Shown: one piece after another, positions 17,587 through 26,355 of the stretch | Layout: every line of letters begins with the position of its first letter | How positions within the stretch are numbered: the first letter of the stretch is position 1 | IMG/VR virus record: IMGVR_UViG_3300043788_000134 | Location: 5,882 to 69,881 of that record | DNA: 64,000 bases | Direction: 5' to 3' (one strand) | From: a virus | Program-made: the position numbers and the translations under genes | Notes under the pieces: generated by a model | The model's input: only the letters and a program-made list of their open reading frames with translations | Told to the model about the DNA's origin: nothing | Databases searched by the model: none

Positions 17587-17808
17587 TCACGCAGGGTTGT
17601 CTTCCGTAAGCGTCTTTTCGTGGTTCTTGGCTTGCGCCTTGACATCGGCAAACGTAAAGCCGCGCGAGACTTTGCCGGCGACGAGACGCAGGTGTTTGAT
17701 TTCGGCAATGGCTTCACCAAGCATGACCGCTAGCGGCCCTTCGTGGTCCAGGCTCTCCTGCCGTAACGAGGCGCGATAGGTTTCGAGTTGCTGGACGATG
17801 TCCGTCAT
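17587..17808 (-). CDS. hypothetical protein (73 aa)
   Basis: ATGA overlap with 17805-18044. Confidence 0.4.
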   Translation of the reverse strand: MTDIVQQLETYRASLRQESLDHEGPLAVMLGEAIAEIKHLRLVAGKVSRGFTFADVKAQAKNHEKTLTEDNPA

Positions 17809-18044
17809 GATTTGAGCACCCGTTTGAGGATAGTCGTTTTCAAGTCGTCGCACGCGAGGTTGAGCGCGCCCGCCTGGGTTCCAGCCATCACCGAAGCAAA
17901 TCCGTTCGCCATGCAGCACACGATAGCGATCGTCGAAAACTTGCCGCGCCGCGCTTCGGCCAACGCCTCCTCCAGAAGATCGACACACGCCTGCTGATCG
18001 TCGGACAATTCGGCTTTTGGCACAATAAGAGTCGGTTTGTTCAC
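17805..18044 (-). CDS. hypothetical protein (79 aa)
   Basis: ORF track, GTG start. Confidence 0.4.
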   Translation of the reverse strand: MNKPTLIVPKAELSDDQQACVDLLEEALAEARRGKFSTIAIVCCMANGFASVMAGTQAGALNLACDDLKTTILKRVLKS

Positions 18045-18137
18045 AATCTCACCATGAAAAATTCGGCGGCCATTGGCGACCGCCAGTCTAGGCGGGTTCT
18101 CGACAGGTACGCTACGCGGCGGATGATAGGCACTAAA

Positions 18138-19925
18138 TCAGACCGGATACAACGCCTTCATGCGCGGCCTGTGCATGACGCGCTCGCGTTCCTCGTGATG
18201 GACCTCCTCCTGCGTCTGGGCAAGGCCTGTATCGCGCAGATATTTAAGCGCCTGCGTCATGGAGTCCACCAGGTCGTCGTGGCGCGACCGCGGAAACATC
18301 TCCGCTTCCTCGATCACCATTTCCGACCACTCCCGATCGGGCGCCCACACCAAGCCCTGGGAGAATGAGGGTTGCACGGCAAGCGCACGCGCCACCTTGT
18401 CGCCCTTCACCGGCATAAGCTGAATAGCCCAATCCTGCAGCCCGAAGCGGTTCTGCAATTCCTGCGCTGCACTGATTCCCGACGCCTTGGCCTCGATCAA
18501 CAGCTTGTCCACTTTGCGGCGGTTGCAGGTATCCTCAACCCACTCCATCAAGCCCCAATCCTTTGACGTGCGCGAGCGAAACATCGCCCGCCGGCGCTGC
18601 ACTTCGCTTTGCGCCATGCCGGGCAGCAAGAGTTCATTTGGCAATCGCTCAACCCGAACCGCGGAAAACGCCAAATGCTTGCGCCACGCATCGACCAGCA
18701 TGATCCCGCGCTTCCCTTCTTGCGTGAACACGCCCCACACCGTCATGGCCGAGGGATCGTTTTCTTCGTCCTCGGTATACGCGCCATCCAGCGAGGCGAT
18801 AAGATAATCGAACATCGGAAACTTGCCGTCGTCGGGCGCCCACAACTGCCACCACTCACGTTTGAAGATGCCTTCGCCGCGCGGTACCGGCGCCTGCTGA
18901 AATTGTGAGCTCCAACTATAGGGACCCATTTCCGCGCGCAGCCGGGCAATGGCATCTTCCGAGAATCGCTCGGTCCACGCCGGCTCGTTATCATTGGCGT
19001 CGGGATCGTCTTCATCCGCGCGCGGGTCCGACCAGCCAATCTGATTGGTGACGAGATTACCGTCTTTATCGAAGGCTCGACTCGGATCGAAAAACCACGG
19101 GATGCACAAATGGCAATAATTGAATTCAGGCGACAGCGCCACGCCGGACACGTCTTCATAGTGAACGCGCTGCATGATGATGATGAGCGCGCCGACATCG
19201 AGATTATCGAACCGCGACGACACCGCCTCGCGAAACCACCTGATCGTCTCGTTGCGCACACGCTCCGATTCCGCTTCCACCACCGAATGCGGATCGTCGA
19301 TGATGACGCGCGTCGCGCGCTCGCCGGTCGCGACACCGCCCACAGAGGATGCGAGCTTCCATCCGGTGCGCGTATTCATGACCTTGATCGTGGTCTTGTT
19401 GCGCAGCACGACTTTGCCTAATTCGTCGCGTTCCTCGAAAGGCACTTCTTCGGTTTTAATTTTTGTTTGAATCGGCCCGTATAGTTTCTGATATTTGGAC
19501 GACGTAATCAGCGTGCGAAACCGATCGTTGTCGCGTTCCGTCAATGATGCGGAATATGAAAAAGAAATGTAACGGTAATGCGTGCGCTTCATCGGTCCCC
19601 ATTCCCAGGCAGGGTAAAACACTTCGGTCATCAAACTTTTCATGGCGCCCGGAAACACGTTGATGAGTACGCGATTTATTTCACCGAATGTGACGGCCTC
19701 CAAATGCTCACAAATGGCCCACAGCACCCACCCATCAACAAACGGTGTTTCCGGCTCCAGCACGTCCCAGAAATAGCGCACGAACGCGATCAGGCCGCCT
19801 TGCCGCACGCCGTTTTCATCGTACCAGCCGCGCTGCGATTGCTCGCGTTTGGCCTCGCGGGAGCGATACTCGGCGAGCAGTTTGCCGAAGCGTTCAAGCT
19901 TGGTGCGGGCGAATGGGGCGTTCAT
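18138..19925 (-). CDS. terL: terminase large subunit
   Basis: 595 aa; ATPase region with RVIIDDPHS Walker-B-like motif and C-terminal nuclease-like LDGAYTEDEENDPSAMTVWG; follows small subunit. Confidence 0.9.
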   Translation of the reverse strand: MNAPFARTKLERFGKLLAEYRSREAKREQSQRGWYDENGVRQGGLIAFVRYFWDVLEPETPFVDGWVLWAICEHLEAVTFGEINRVLINVFPGAMKSLMTEVFYPAWEWGPMKRTHYRYISFSYSASLTERDNDRFRTLITSSKYQKLYGPIQTKIKTEEVPFEERDELGKVVLRNKTTIKVMNTRTGWKLASSVGGVATGERATRVIIDDPHSVVEAESERVRNETIRWFREAVSSRFDNLDVGALIIIMQRVHYEDVSGVALSPEFNYCHLCIPWFFDPSRAFDKDGNLVTNQIGWSDPRADEDDPDANDNEPAWTERFSEDAIARLRAEMGPYSWSSQFQQAPVPRGEGIFKREWWQLWAPDDGKFPMFDYLIASLDGAYTEDEENDPSAMTVWGVFTQEGKRGIMLVDAWRKHLAFSAVRVERLPNELLLPGMAQSEVQRRRAMFRSRTSKDWGLMEWVEDTCNRRKVDKLLIEAKASGISAAQELQNRFGLQDWAIQLMPVKGDKVARALAVQPSFSQGLVWAPDREWSEMVIEEAEMFPRSRHDDLVDSMTQALKYLRDTGLAQTQEEVHHEERERVMHRPRMKALYPV

Positions 19926-19928
19926 TCG

Positions 19929-20630
19929 TCAAGCCACGGAATTTCCCATGCGATAGTTCAGGTCAATTTCAATTCCCAGTTCCTTCGCCTGCTGCGCGAG
20001 TTGCGCGATTAATTCAGCATCCGTCAAACGCCGCAAATCGCCATCGTCGCGAGAGACAATACCGATTCCCAAAAGCTTTCTCAATTCCTGATTTGCCGCC
20101 ATGCGCGAGTAAGCCTTAGGCACCACACGGCCGCGCTCGTCGATCGAACAGGCCTCGATGCACCGCTGTGCGTCTTCTGAAAGCTCCGACAACAATTTCG
20201 GCCGCTGAATTTTCTTTTTCAGCGGTTCGCCGTCCTCGCCGAGAATAGGATTGCCCTGCTTATCGGTGCGATCGACCTCCACCGTCTCCCACAAATCCGC
20301 GTAATTGAATTCGTGCATCGACCACAGCACTTCCTCCAGCCGCCGGCGCTTTTGCTGTAGGATTTCTTCCTCCTGCCGCGACAAATAGGCTACGCGATCT
20401 TGGATATCGATGCGCGCCAGCAAGCGTGATGCGTTGCCTTCCGCAGTGTGATCCGTGGTTGCCTTGAACCGGCAGGAGCGATAGGCCTCGCCCTTCGGCC
20501 GCAATTGGGCGATCAGCCAGCAGAATCGCTCGTGGCGCCGATTGCGCAGTGGATTGGCACCGGGCAACGCCGAAACCGGCACCAAAGCCGTTGATTTATC
20601 GAGGTTTTCCGGCTCGGTTACGGCGTCCAT
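19929..20630 (-). CDS. terS: terminase small subunit
   Basis: 233 aa; NRRHERFCWLIAQ...GNASRLL motif typical of small terminase; directly upstream of terL. Confidence 0.7.
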   Translation of the reverse strand: MDAVTEPENLDKSTALVPVSALPGANPLRNRRHERFCWLIAQLRPKGEAYRSCRFKATTDHTAEGNASRLLARIDIQDRVAYLSRQEEEILQQKRRRLEEVLWSMHEFNYADLWETVEVDRTDKQGNPILGEDGEPLKKKIQRPKLLSELSEDAQRCIEACSIDERGRVVPKAYSRMAANQELRKLLGIGIVSRDDGDLRRLTDAELIAQLAQQAKELGIEIDLNYRMGNSVA

Positions 20631-20649
20631 TGTGCGGATTCACAACGAT

Positions 20650-20895
20650 TCACTCCGCCACAATCGGCGGTTCTTCACAAGATAGCGCATTTTGCGGGGA
20701 ATTTCTAGCCTCGCCGAGAATCGCGTCGTCCCGGCGCTTGCTTTCGGGGGTTCCCGGCACGTCGTAGTTCTGCCCGCTCGCACAAACGCGGCGACGCACA
20801 ACGCCGCGGTCAAGTGACTCGCGGCGATCGGCGGCCCATTGCGCGCGCTCGGCGTCGGAGATGGGCAAAAGGCCTGAGTAAAATCGGTCAGCCAT
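20650..20895 (-). CDS. hypothetical protein (81 aa)
   Basis: ATG 20895 overlaps stop of upstream ORF. Confidence 0.35.
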   Translation of the reverse strand: MADRFYSGLLPISDAERAQWAADRRESLDRGVVRRRVCASGQNYDVPGTPESKRRDDAILGEARNSPQNALSCEEPPIVAE

Positions 20896-21619
20896 ACGCT
20901 TTCTTCTTTTTCGGCTCCGTTGATGCACCCGCTCTATAAAACCAATTGCCGCCGCCGCCAAGGCGGAACTCGACGGCGCGCGCGGATCCGTTTACTGCCA
21001 CATCATCGCGGCTGTAGTGGTGCCATTCGGCAAGCCCATGGTCACACCAAATCCACTTGTGGTCTCCGCTTATGCTCAAATGCCGGGGTTTGGGTAAAGG
21101 TTTCTTCCCGCCAGACTCTTTATGATTGTATTGGTTACTTGTTTCGGCGTGATATTCTTCAATCCCCAAAGGCAGTTGCGGCAATGGTTGGCCCGCTTTT
21201 TGGCCCGCTTTTTGGCCCGGTATGGCTTTGACTGCAGCCTGATAAACGTCGTATTTACAAATGGTTATCCTCGTTCTGGCATAGCCCGGAATAGGCCCGT
21301 TTATCGTACCGTTTTTTGGCCCGTTTTGCGCAGCGCCGAGCGAAACCATTGATTCTGCTGCTAATCTCTCAAGAAAACGATCCACTTTTGATTTGGTCCA
21401 GCGCCACGCTTTCGCCAGTTCGCGCCGAGTTATGCACAGTTGACCTCGCTCATTGTGCATAACTCCGAACTTGTTCCGCGTACCGGACCGCTTCCAGGCC
21501 GCGGCCTCAATCAGCCATTGCCAAGCTTCCAAACGGGACAGAGGACGATTTGTCTTGAACAAAGGATGATCGATAATCCCCCGCGCAATCGCCACATAAC
21601 CGCGCTTAGTGGGCTTCAT
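20888..21619 (-). CDS. putative winged-helix DNA-binding protein
   Basis: MKPTKRGYVAIARGIIDHPLF...ITRRELAKAWRWTKSKVDRFLERL; tandem GQKAGQKAGQ from 12-bp DNA repeat at ~21190-21215. Confidence 0.45.
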   Translation of the reverse strand: MKPTKRGYVAIARGIIDHPLFKTNRPLSRLEAWQWLIEAAAWKRSGTRNKFGVMHNERGQLCITRRELAKAWRWTKSKVDRFLERLAAESMVSLGAAQNGPKNGTINGPIPGYARTRITICKYDVYQAAVKAIPGQKAGQKAGQPLPQLPLGIEEYHAETSNQYNHKESGGKKPLPKPRHLSISGDHKWIWCDHGLAEWHHYSRDDVAVNGSARAVEFRLGGGGNWFYRAGASTEPKKKKAYG

Positions 21620-21888
21620 TCCCCGCCCCTGCAGACCGGCGCCGCAGCTGCGCCGAGCCACACCGCGCCCTCCGGCGTGCGCCATTCGTGCCACGGGTTG
21701 GCGTGCGGCGGCATTACGGTGATTCGCATCATGCCGCAGAAATAGCAGGATTTAATGTTGCGGGCGTTGCCGTCGATCGCGTCGCAGGCAGCGATTCGCT
21801 TTTCGTTGTCGTGATCCCACCGGTGGGAGCGCGCCATCGCCGGGATGATTGTGGGAAGGTCGTTGGAGGGGAGGAGTGTTTGAGTCAT
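21616..21888 (-). CDS. hypothetical Cys-containing protein (90 aa)
   Basis: ATG 21888, 5 nt from PIR 21894; ATGA overlap downstream. Confidence 0.4.
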   Translation of the reverse strand: MTQTLLPSNDLPTIIPAMARSHRWDHDNEKRIAACDAIDGNARNIKSCYFCGMMRITVMPPHANPWHEWRTPEGAVWLGAAAAPVCRGGE

Positions 21889-21893
21889 TGTGT

Positions 21894-21929
21894 GGGTCAC
21901 GAGAGGGAAGCGATTACGGTGCGGTCAAC
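21894..21929 (+). repeat. PIR half-site, subtype A, forward
   Basis: gggtcacgagagggaagcgattacggtgcggtcaac. Confidence 0.9.
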
Positions 21930-21950
21930 CTTTGTTTGTTTGGTCGCCAT

Positions 21951-22199
21951 TCATGCGTGAGCGCGCTTAAGAACGGCACCAAACGTGTAGGGTGCCCCCT
22001 GGCACGGGAAATCCATTTGGCAGATAAGTCCAACGCCGCTTGGTCCGCTGCGCCATAAATCATTCCAAGTCGTTCCAATAGACTTGAGGTACTGTCCAAC
22101 AGCGCAGTTATCCCTGTCACGCCAACAATATTTTTTCTCCGGATTCTGTTTCTTGACCCAGGAAATGAAGCCTTTGTAACTCGGAGTTCTCTTTGCCAT
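21951..22199 (-). CDS. hypothetical protein (82 aa)
   Basis: ORF track. Confidence 0.4.
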   Translation of the reverse strand: MAKRTPSYKGFISWVKKQNPEKKYCWRDRDNCAVGQYLKSIGTTWNDLWRSGPSGVGLICQMDFPCQGAPYTFGAVLKRAHA

Positions 22200-22216
22200 A
22201 GTTTACTCTGCCGTTA

Positions 22217-22501
22217 TCACCGACTCAAATGCGTTGGCGCGGGCCGCGCATCGCGTTGTGCTGAAACATCGTCCACACAAACCGCGCCGCTCGATCCAGT
22301 GAAAGATCGCGCCATCATTTCGCGCGCAAAGTGCGTCGGCGAAAACGGCGTATGGTCCTTGACGACGCCCTCGTGAAAACTTTCGAGCCCGGCGCGCTTC
22401 GCGGCGCGCATCGCTTCGGCGAAATTGTCGTCCATCTCGCGAACCTGCCTATAGGTGAAATAAGCGCCCTTGCCGCCGTCCCATCCGTCTTCGTCGTCCA
22501 T
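22217..22501 (-). CDS. hypothetical protein (94 aa)
   Basis: ORF track. Confidence 0.4.
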   Translation of the reverse strand: MDDEDGWDGGKGAYFTYRQVREMDDNFAEAMRAAKRAGLESFHEGVVKDHTPFSPTHFAREMMARSFTGSSGAVCVDDVSAQRDARPAPTHLSR

Positions 22502-22518
22502 CGTGTTTCCTCGTTGCT

Positions 22519-22821
22519 TTATGGCGTGAGTAGATTGCAGCGTTGGGTCATGCGAGCGGAGTGTGTGACGAGAGAATCATCGGTCACCGTCTCGCTTTGC
22601 ACAGTCGCGGTTGACCGCACCGTACCCACATATCCCTCGTGACCCAACTCTTTCTTCACGGCTTGGTCTAACTCCTTCCGCCACCGCATCACCCGCTCTC
22701 CCGCCGCAACGATAGTAGCATGGCGCCCTTCGTAGCTCTTGGCGAATGCAACAAACAAATAATCAAACGACGCCTTTTCAAGCTCACGCTCGGCCTCTTG
22801 ACGCCACATCGCTGTCTCCAC
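22519..22821 (-). CDS. hypothetical protein whose last ~44 codons read through a PIR pair
   Basis: 100-aa ORF; C-terminal ...GHEGYVGTVRSTATVQSETVTDDSLVTHSARMTQ... is encoded by PIR 22610 and 22545. Confidence 0.35.
   Translation of the reverse strand: METAMWRQEAERELEKASFDYLFVAFAKSYEGRHATIVAAGERVMRWRKELDQAVKKELGHEGYVGTVRSTATVQSETVTDDSLVTHSARMTQRCNLLTP
22545..22590 (+). repeat. PIR half-site, subtype B2, forward
   Basis: gggtcatgcgagcggagtgtgtgacgagagaatcatcggtcaccgt. Confidence 0.85.
22610..22645 (-). repeat. PIR half-site, subtype A, reverse
   Basis: gttgaccgcaccgtacccacatatccctcgtgaccc; 19 nt from PIR 22545 (empty pair). Confidence 0.85.
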
Positions 22822-24013
22822 GGTTACGCACCAAAAAATCGGGAATGTCGATGACTTCGGAAAGGGACGAACCCGCGCCGTCGGGGTGAGTGGCTGGGGG
22901 AGGCTGAGACGGCGCGGGTTCTACCGCCACGGGGCTCTCATGATCCGCGGCGGGTTGGTGATTCTTCTTTTGAACGGGATGTTGCGTGAAACAATGGGTG
23001 TCATCGCCATAAGTAAGTCGCTCGCGCTGGCCGGGCGGAATCCAAAACGGCGGCTGCGGCGCGCGATCTTTCAACCAAACAAGCCAGCAGTAAGCGGTAG
23101 CCGTCGTTCCGTTTGGATTCCATTGGCCTTTGCAGAGATTGACGCGTTCAACAAAAAAAGCGCAAAGCGTCGGTGGCGTATCGCGAAATATCTGCTCGTA
23201 ACGCTCGATTCCTTCGACCGCCCATTGCGATCTGAAAAACATCGCCACGTTGTCGGCCACGGTTAATGCACGATCGACGAATTGCAATGCTTTTTCGCGG
23301 AACGGAGGATTTGTTATGACCCACTCTGTCGTTTTTCCGAGCTCAATTGGTTCGAGAAAATCTTTTACGGCCCCATACCCCCATTCGTATTTATCCGTCG
23401 CCGTGACGCGCTGGGAATATTCGCACAAAACCTCTGCCATGTGCCCGAATCCGCACGCCGGCTCCCACACGAGGCGCAAAGGCAATTCGACTCCCAGATG
23501 CGGCAGCACGCATTCCATAAGCGCCCTGGTAGCCCACGGTGGAGTCGGGAAAAGATCGGCCGAATCGCCAGGCTCCAGACGGCTACCCATGATCGATCGT
23601 GCCCCCCCGACTTCGGTCGCATGATCGGCGGCGATATGCTCGCATTCAGCCGTTATCATAAGCTCAAAATCCCGTTCGGGAATTTCGGCGCGTTTTTTTG
23701 CCTTGGCCGCCAAAGTTTTATCAACGCCAGCTTCCTCCAGCGTCGGCCGCGAAAAATCCTCACCATCGGATTTTTCTTTTTGACGCCCCTGCCGGAACAA
23801 GCCGGCTTTTTGCGCCTCTTGGATCACTTCGCCCAAGCGCCGTTCGGCGCGCATTTGAAACGCGGTGGCTTGGGCGAGCAAGACGTGGTCCTTGATCTGC
23901 TTCGCGCGCAGCTTGACAAGCTCAAATTCGTCCAAAAGCGGCAAAACCTCATCGATCTGTGTGGCTTCCGCGAGCGCGGCACAAGCGCGATCATATTGGG
24001 CAAGCGTCGTCAC
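22784..24013 (-). CDS. SAM-dependent DNA methyltransferase (N6-adenine type)
   Basis: EPACGFGH (motif I-like) and ITNPPF (motif IV, NPPF); GTGA coupling to upstream stop at 24010-24013 (ORF track start 24028). Confidence 0.7.
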   Translation of the reverse strand: MTTLAQYDRACAALAEATQIDEVLPLLDEFELVKLRAKQIKDHVLLAQATAFQMRAERRLGEVIQEAQKAGLFRQGRQKEKSDGEDFSRPTLEEAGVDKTLAAKAKKRAEIPERDFELMITAECEHIAADHATEVGGARSIMGSRLEPGDSADLFPTPPWATRALMECVLPHLGVELPLRLVWEPACGFGHMAEVLCEYSQRVTATDKYEWGYGAVKDFLEPIELGKTTEWVITNPPFREKALQFVDRALTVADNVAMFFRSQWAVEGIERYEQIFRDTPPTLCAFFVERVNLCKGQWNPNGTTATAYCWLVWLKDRAPQPPFWIPPGQRERLTYGDDTHCFTQHPVQKKNHQPAADHESPVAVEPAPSQPPPATHPDGAGSSLSEVIDIPDFLVRNRGDSDVASRGRA

Positions 24014-24387
24014 GCCACCGCCCCCCAAGGCAAAGTGCGGCGCACCATTTTCAGCGATTCGGGGTCGAGGTCGAATATCGGCCGGTGCGACCGCTCGAAA
24101 GCCTTGATTTCATAGGCAATTCCGTCCGATTCATCCCACCCGTCCAAATGCGCCACGATCAGCACATCGCAACGGTCCATCATTAAGTCATTGAAAAGAT
24201 ACCATATTCCGAGGTCGAGCGGATCGAGATTACTGTGGGTCGAAATGGCGTGGCCGTGAACGATCGGCGAAAAGCATTTAACGCCGGATGCCACGAGCCG
24301 CGCGGTCAGCCGGCAGGCATCGTAAAACGCAGCGTTAAGCCCGGCGCGGTATTTTGTGTAGGGGGTCCCAAGATAGGCCAGCGTCAT
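24010..24387 (-). CDS. DUF1937-like protein (nucleoside deoxyribosyltransferase-like fold)
   Basis: 125 aa from MTLAYLGTPYTKY...SPIVHGH...CDVLIVAHLDGWDESDGIAYEI; pattern recalled from DUF1937 family. Confidence 0.5.
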   Translation of the reverse strand: MTLAYLGTPYTKYRAGLNAAFYDACRLTARLVASGVKCFSPIVHGHAISTHSNLDPLDLGIWYLFNDLMMDRCDVLIVAHLDGWDESDGIAYEIKAFERSHRPIFDLDPESLKMVRRTLPWGAVA

Positions 24388-24626
24388 GATTGCCCCTCCA
24401 AAAGCTTGCCGAGGGCGGACTGGGGCAGCGGCGGGTCGCCGAATAGCACCATGGCGCGGGTGAGAGGAACCGATTCGCGGCGCGCACGGTCGGCTAGAAC
24501 TTCGGGAGGAGGTGGTTCTTGGGGGGTGGAACGGAGGAAATCGGGGGGGATATAGCGGTGTTGGGCGTTGACGCGGGCGCGATGTAACCGGCGCCGTTCG
24601 GCGGCTATGGCGGGAGGAAGCGGCAT
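24384..24626 (-). CDS. Pro-rich hypothetical protein (80 aa)
   Basis: ATG 24624-24626 sits in PIR outer block (CTCTCGTGATGCC); ATGA overlap downstream. Confidence 0.35.
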   Translation of the reverse strand: MPLPPAIAAERRRLHRARVNAQHRYIPPDFLRSTPQEPPPPEVLADRARRESVPLTRAMVLFGDPPLPQSALGKLLEGQS

Positions 24627-24670
24627 CACGAGAGGCCCCACCGGCTGAGAGACCGGAATCGGTCACCGTT
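24623..24670 (+). repeat. PIR half-site, subtype B1, forward
   Basis: gcatcacgagaggccccaccggctgagagaccggaatcggtcaccgtt. Confidence 0.9.
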
Positions 24671-24684
24671 GCGTCGGTACAGCA

Positions 24685-24894
24685 TCATTCGGCGGCCTCG
24701 AAAAACCAGGAATCGCGCCATTTAAGTCCGCGAATCAAAGCTTCGGCGCGAATTCGGTCCATTTCATCGCGGCTAGGCTCGGCATCCCCGCTTTCCCACC
24801 GCGAAACGGTGGCTTGATTGACCAAGGCAATAGCCGCCATGGCGGCCTGCGAAATGTGGAAAACCTCCCGCCGTATGTATTCCATTGGGCGCAT
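24685..24894 (-). CDS. XRE/Cro-CI family HTH regulator (repressor-like)
   Basis: 69 aa; ISQAAMAAIALVNQATVSRWESGDAEPS helix-turn-helix; divergent from plus-strand early operon. Confidence 0.7.
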   Translation of the reverse strand: MRPMEYIRREVFHISQAAMAAIALVNQATVSRWESGDAEPSRDEMDRIRAEALIRGLKWRDSWFFEAAE

Positions 24895-24899
24895 AGCCC

Positions 24900-24929
24900 A
24901 TTAAATGCACAGACGCATAGGGTTGGCAA
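24900..24929 (-). promoter_or_regulatory. putative sigma70-type promoter of repressor-like gene (near-leaderless)
   Basis: minus strand TTGCCA (24929-24924), 18-nt spacer, TTTAAT (24905-24900); ATG 24894 only 5 nt after the -10. Confidence 0.4.
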
Positions 24930-24950
24930 GGTTCCGGTGGATCACGAAGT

Positions 24951-24959
24951 TGTGATAAT
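24951..24959 (+). promoter_or_regulatory. putative extended -10 element for rightward early operon
   Basis: TGTGATAAT; no convincing -35; 72 nt upstream of ATG 25032. Confidence 0.3.
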
Positions 24960-24982
24960 AAGGCGGCTGTTTTATGTTGCTC

Positions 24983-25000
24983 CGCATAACAGGCTATGCG
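24983..25000. promoter_or_regulatory. inverted repeat CGCATA-N6-TATGCG, candidate operator
   Basis: perfect 6-bp arms; further CGCATAG copies at 24890-24898 and 24914-24922. Confidence 0.3.
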
Positions 25001-25031
25001 AGAGTGCATCATCGCACAAAGGGAGTAGCAG

Positions 25032-25391
25032 ATGGACCCCACCGAACACGATCCGGCACGCGAAGCTGCCGACGATTTCAAGGAACTCGCCCCGATGGGC
25101 AATTCTCCTGTCGCGCCGGCCCATGTTGTGGCCTCTATCGCCCTCAATATGGCGATGAAATACCACGACATGAGTATCGTGAAAGACGGCGCGCTTTACC
25201 AGCAATACAAGCTTGAAGGCAGGAATATCCGCACAATCGGTCTCGATGATATTTTTGCCGACGCCGTGAGGATCGAAGCATGGCTTCTCGGTTCGTCTGA
25301 TCGTATCGCTAAACTCATTGTCGATGCCATCAACGACGGTCCCGAGGGCGACGAGTCATCCGGCGATTCGACTCCATCGGCCGAAGGTTGA
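25032..25391 (+). CDS. hypothetical early protein (119 aa)
   Basis: GGGAG RBS at 25021; stop TGA 25389-25391 lies inside PIR 25387 (GTTGACC). Confidence 0.5.
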   Translation: MDPTEHDPAREAADDFKELAPMGNSPVAPAHVVASIALNMAMKYHDMSIVKDGALYQQYKLEGRNIRTIGLDDIFADAVRIEAWLLGSSDRIAKLIVDAINDGPEGDESSGDSTPSAEG

Positions 25392-25422
25392 CCGCACCGT
25401 AATCACTCCGCCATCGTGACCC
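25387..25422 (-). repeat. PIR half-site, subtype A, reverse
   Basis: gttgaccgcaccgtaatcactccgccatcgtgaccc followed by AAAGGGAGCGCACC-ATG. Confidence 0.9.
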
Positions 25423-25436
25423 AAAGGGAGCGCACC

Positions 25437-25865
25437 ATGTCCGACCTGTTAGGCAAATTCTTCCGCGATTTGGAAGGCACCTTCACCGCTATTCCACCAT
25501 CGTCGAAACTGGCGTCGCCGACTTCCCAAAATCCGATCGCCAAGGCGCACTTCGCGATGATTCGCGAACTGGCGCGGATGCACGTTCCGCAGATCGGCGT
25601 CTCGCCGGAGCCGGAGGAATTCGAGGATACCGCGGACTATCTGTTGCGGGTGGCGGCCGTGGTGGATGCGTTCGTGCGCGAGGTCGGCTTGGAAGTGAAG
25701 TGCAATGCGCTTTGTTTGGTGGACCTCAAGGATTTTGAAGGCGTGCTGCTCAATGGCATGGAAGGCTATTGCCTGGCGTCTATCGACCAGGCGGCCGAAG
25801 CGGCAAGAGAAGCGCAGAACGAAGGCGACGCGGGAGATCGGCGGTACGACGAGGCGCGGTGGTAG
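25437..25865 (+). CDS. hypothetical protein (142 aa)
   Basis: ATG 25437 with AAGGGAG RBS; flanked by PIR 25387 and 25871. Confidence 0.5.
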   Translation: MSDLLGKFFRDLEGTFTAIPPSSKLASPTSQNPIAKAHFAMIRELARMHVPQIGVSPEPEEFEDTADYLLRVAAVVDAFVREVGLEVKCNALCLVDLKDFEGVLLNGMEGYCLASIDQAAEAAREAQNEGDAGDRRYDEARW

Positions 25866-25870
25866 CCTTT

Positions 25871-25906
25871 GTGTCACGAAGCCGCAGGGATTCCGGTGCG
25901 GTCAAC
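25871..25906 (+). repeat. PIR half-site, subtype A, forward
   Basis: gtgtcacgaagccgcagggattccggtgcggtcaac. Confidence 0.9.
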
Positions 25907-25933
25907 CGAGGTTGTTTGTAATAGGAGCCGAGA

Positions 25934-26125
25934 GTGAAGATAGCGCAGGCAATTCAGATTTGGTTGCTGTTCGGTATTATAACAAGCATCAGCTATGTGA
26001 GCGCCGTTCAGCGATCTTGCGGTTTCTGGCCGCCTAGTGATCGGGTAATTATCGCTGCAGTGGCCGGTCCAATGTACGGCGTTGTGTTTGCCTTCGATCC
26101 TCCTATCGAGTGCAAAGGCATGTAG
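25934..26125 (+). CDS. small membrane protein (63 aa)
   Basis: GTG start after TAATAGGAG; hydrophobic MKIAQAIQIWLLFGIITSISYV... Confidence 0.4.
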   Translation: MKIAQAIQIWLLFGIITSISYVSAVQRSCGFWPPSDRVIIAAVAGPMYGVVFAFDPPIECKGM

Positions 26126-26163
26126 TGGAAGTGAACGCGATCCCTTCCAATAGGCAACGAAAC

Positions 26164-26355
26164 ATGAAACAACTTCATCCATTTTTATGCGGCATGATCG
26201 TTTTTTTGTTACTGTTATATTTAGGGTGGATGCTTGCCAAGCTTCCTTCCCCGGCAGAAGATTTGCTTCATGCGCTTGTGTACGCCACGGCGGCTTGTGC
26301 GGTTGTTGCGTTAATTATTTTTTTGTCACTTTATACCTTTCGGAAAACAAAATAG
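26164..26355 (+). CDS. small membrane protein (63 aa)
   Basis: MKQLHPFLCGMIVFLLLLYLGW... two hydrophobic segments; AT-richer than flanks. Confidence 0.4.
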   Translation: MKQLHPFLCGMIVFLLLLYLGWMLAKLPSPAEDLLHALVYATAACAVVALIIFLSLYTFRKTK

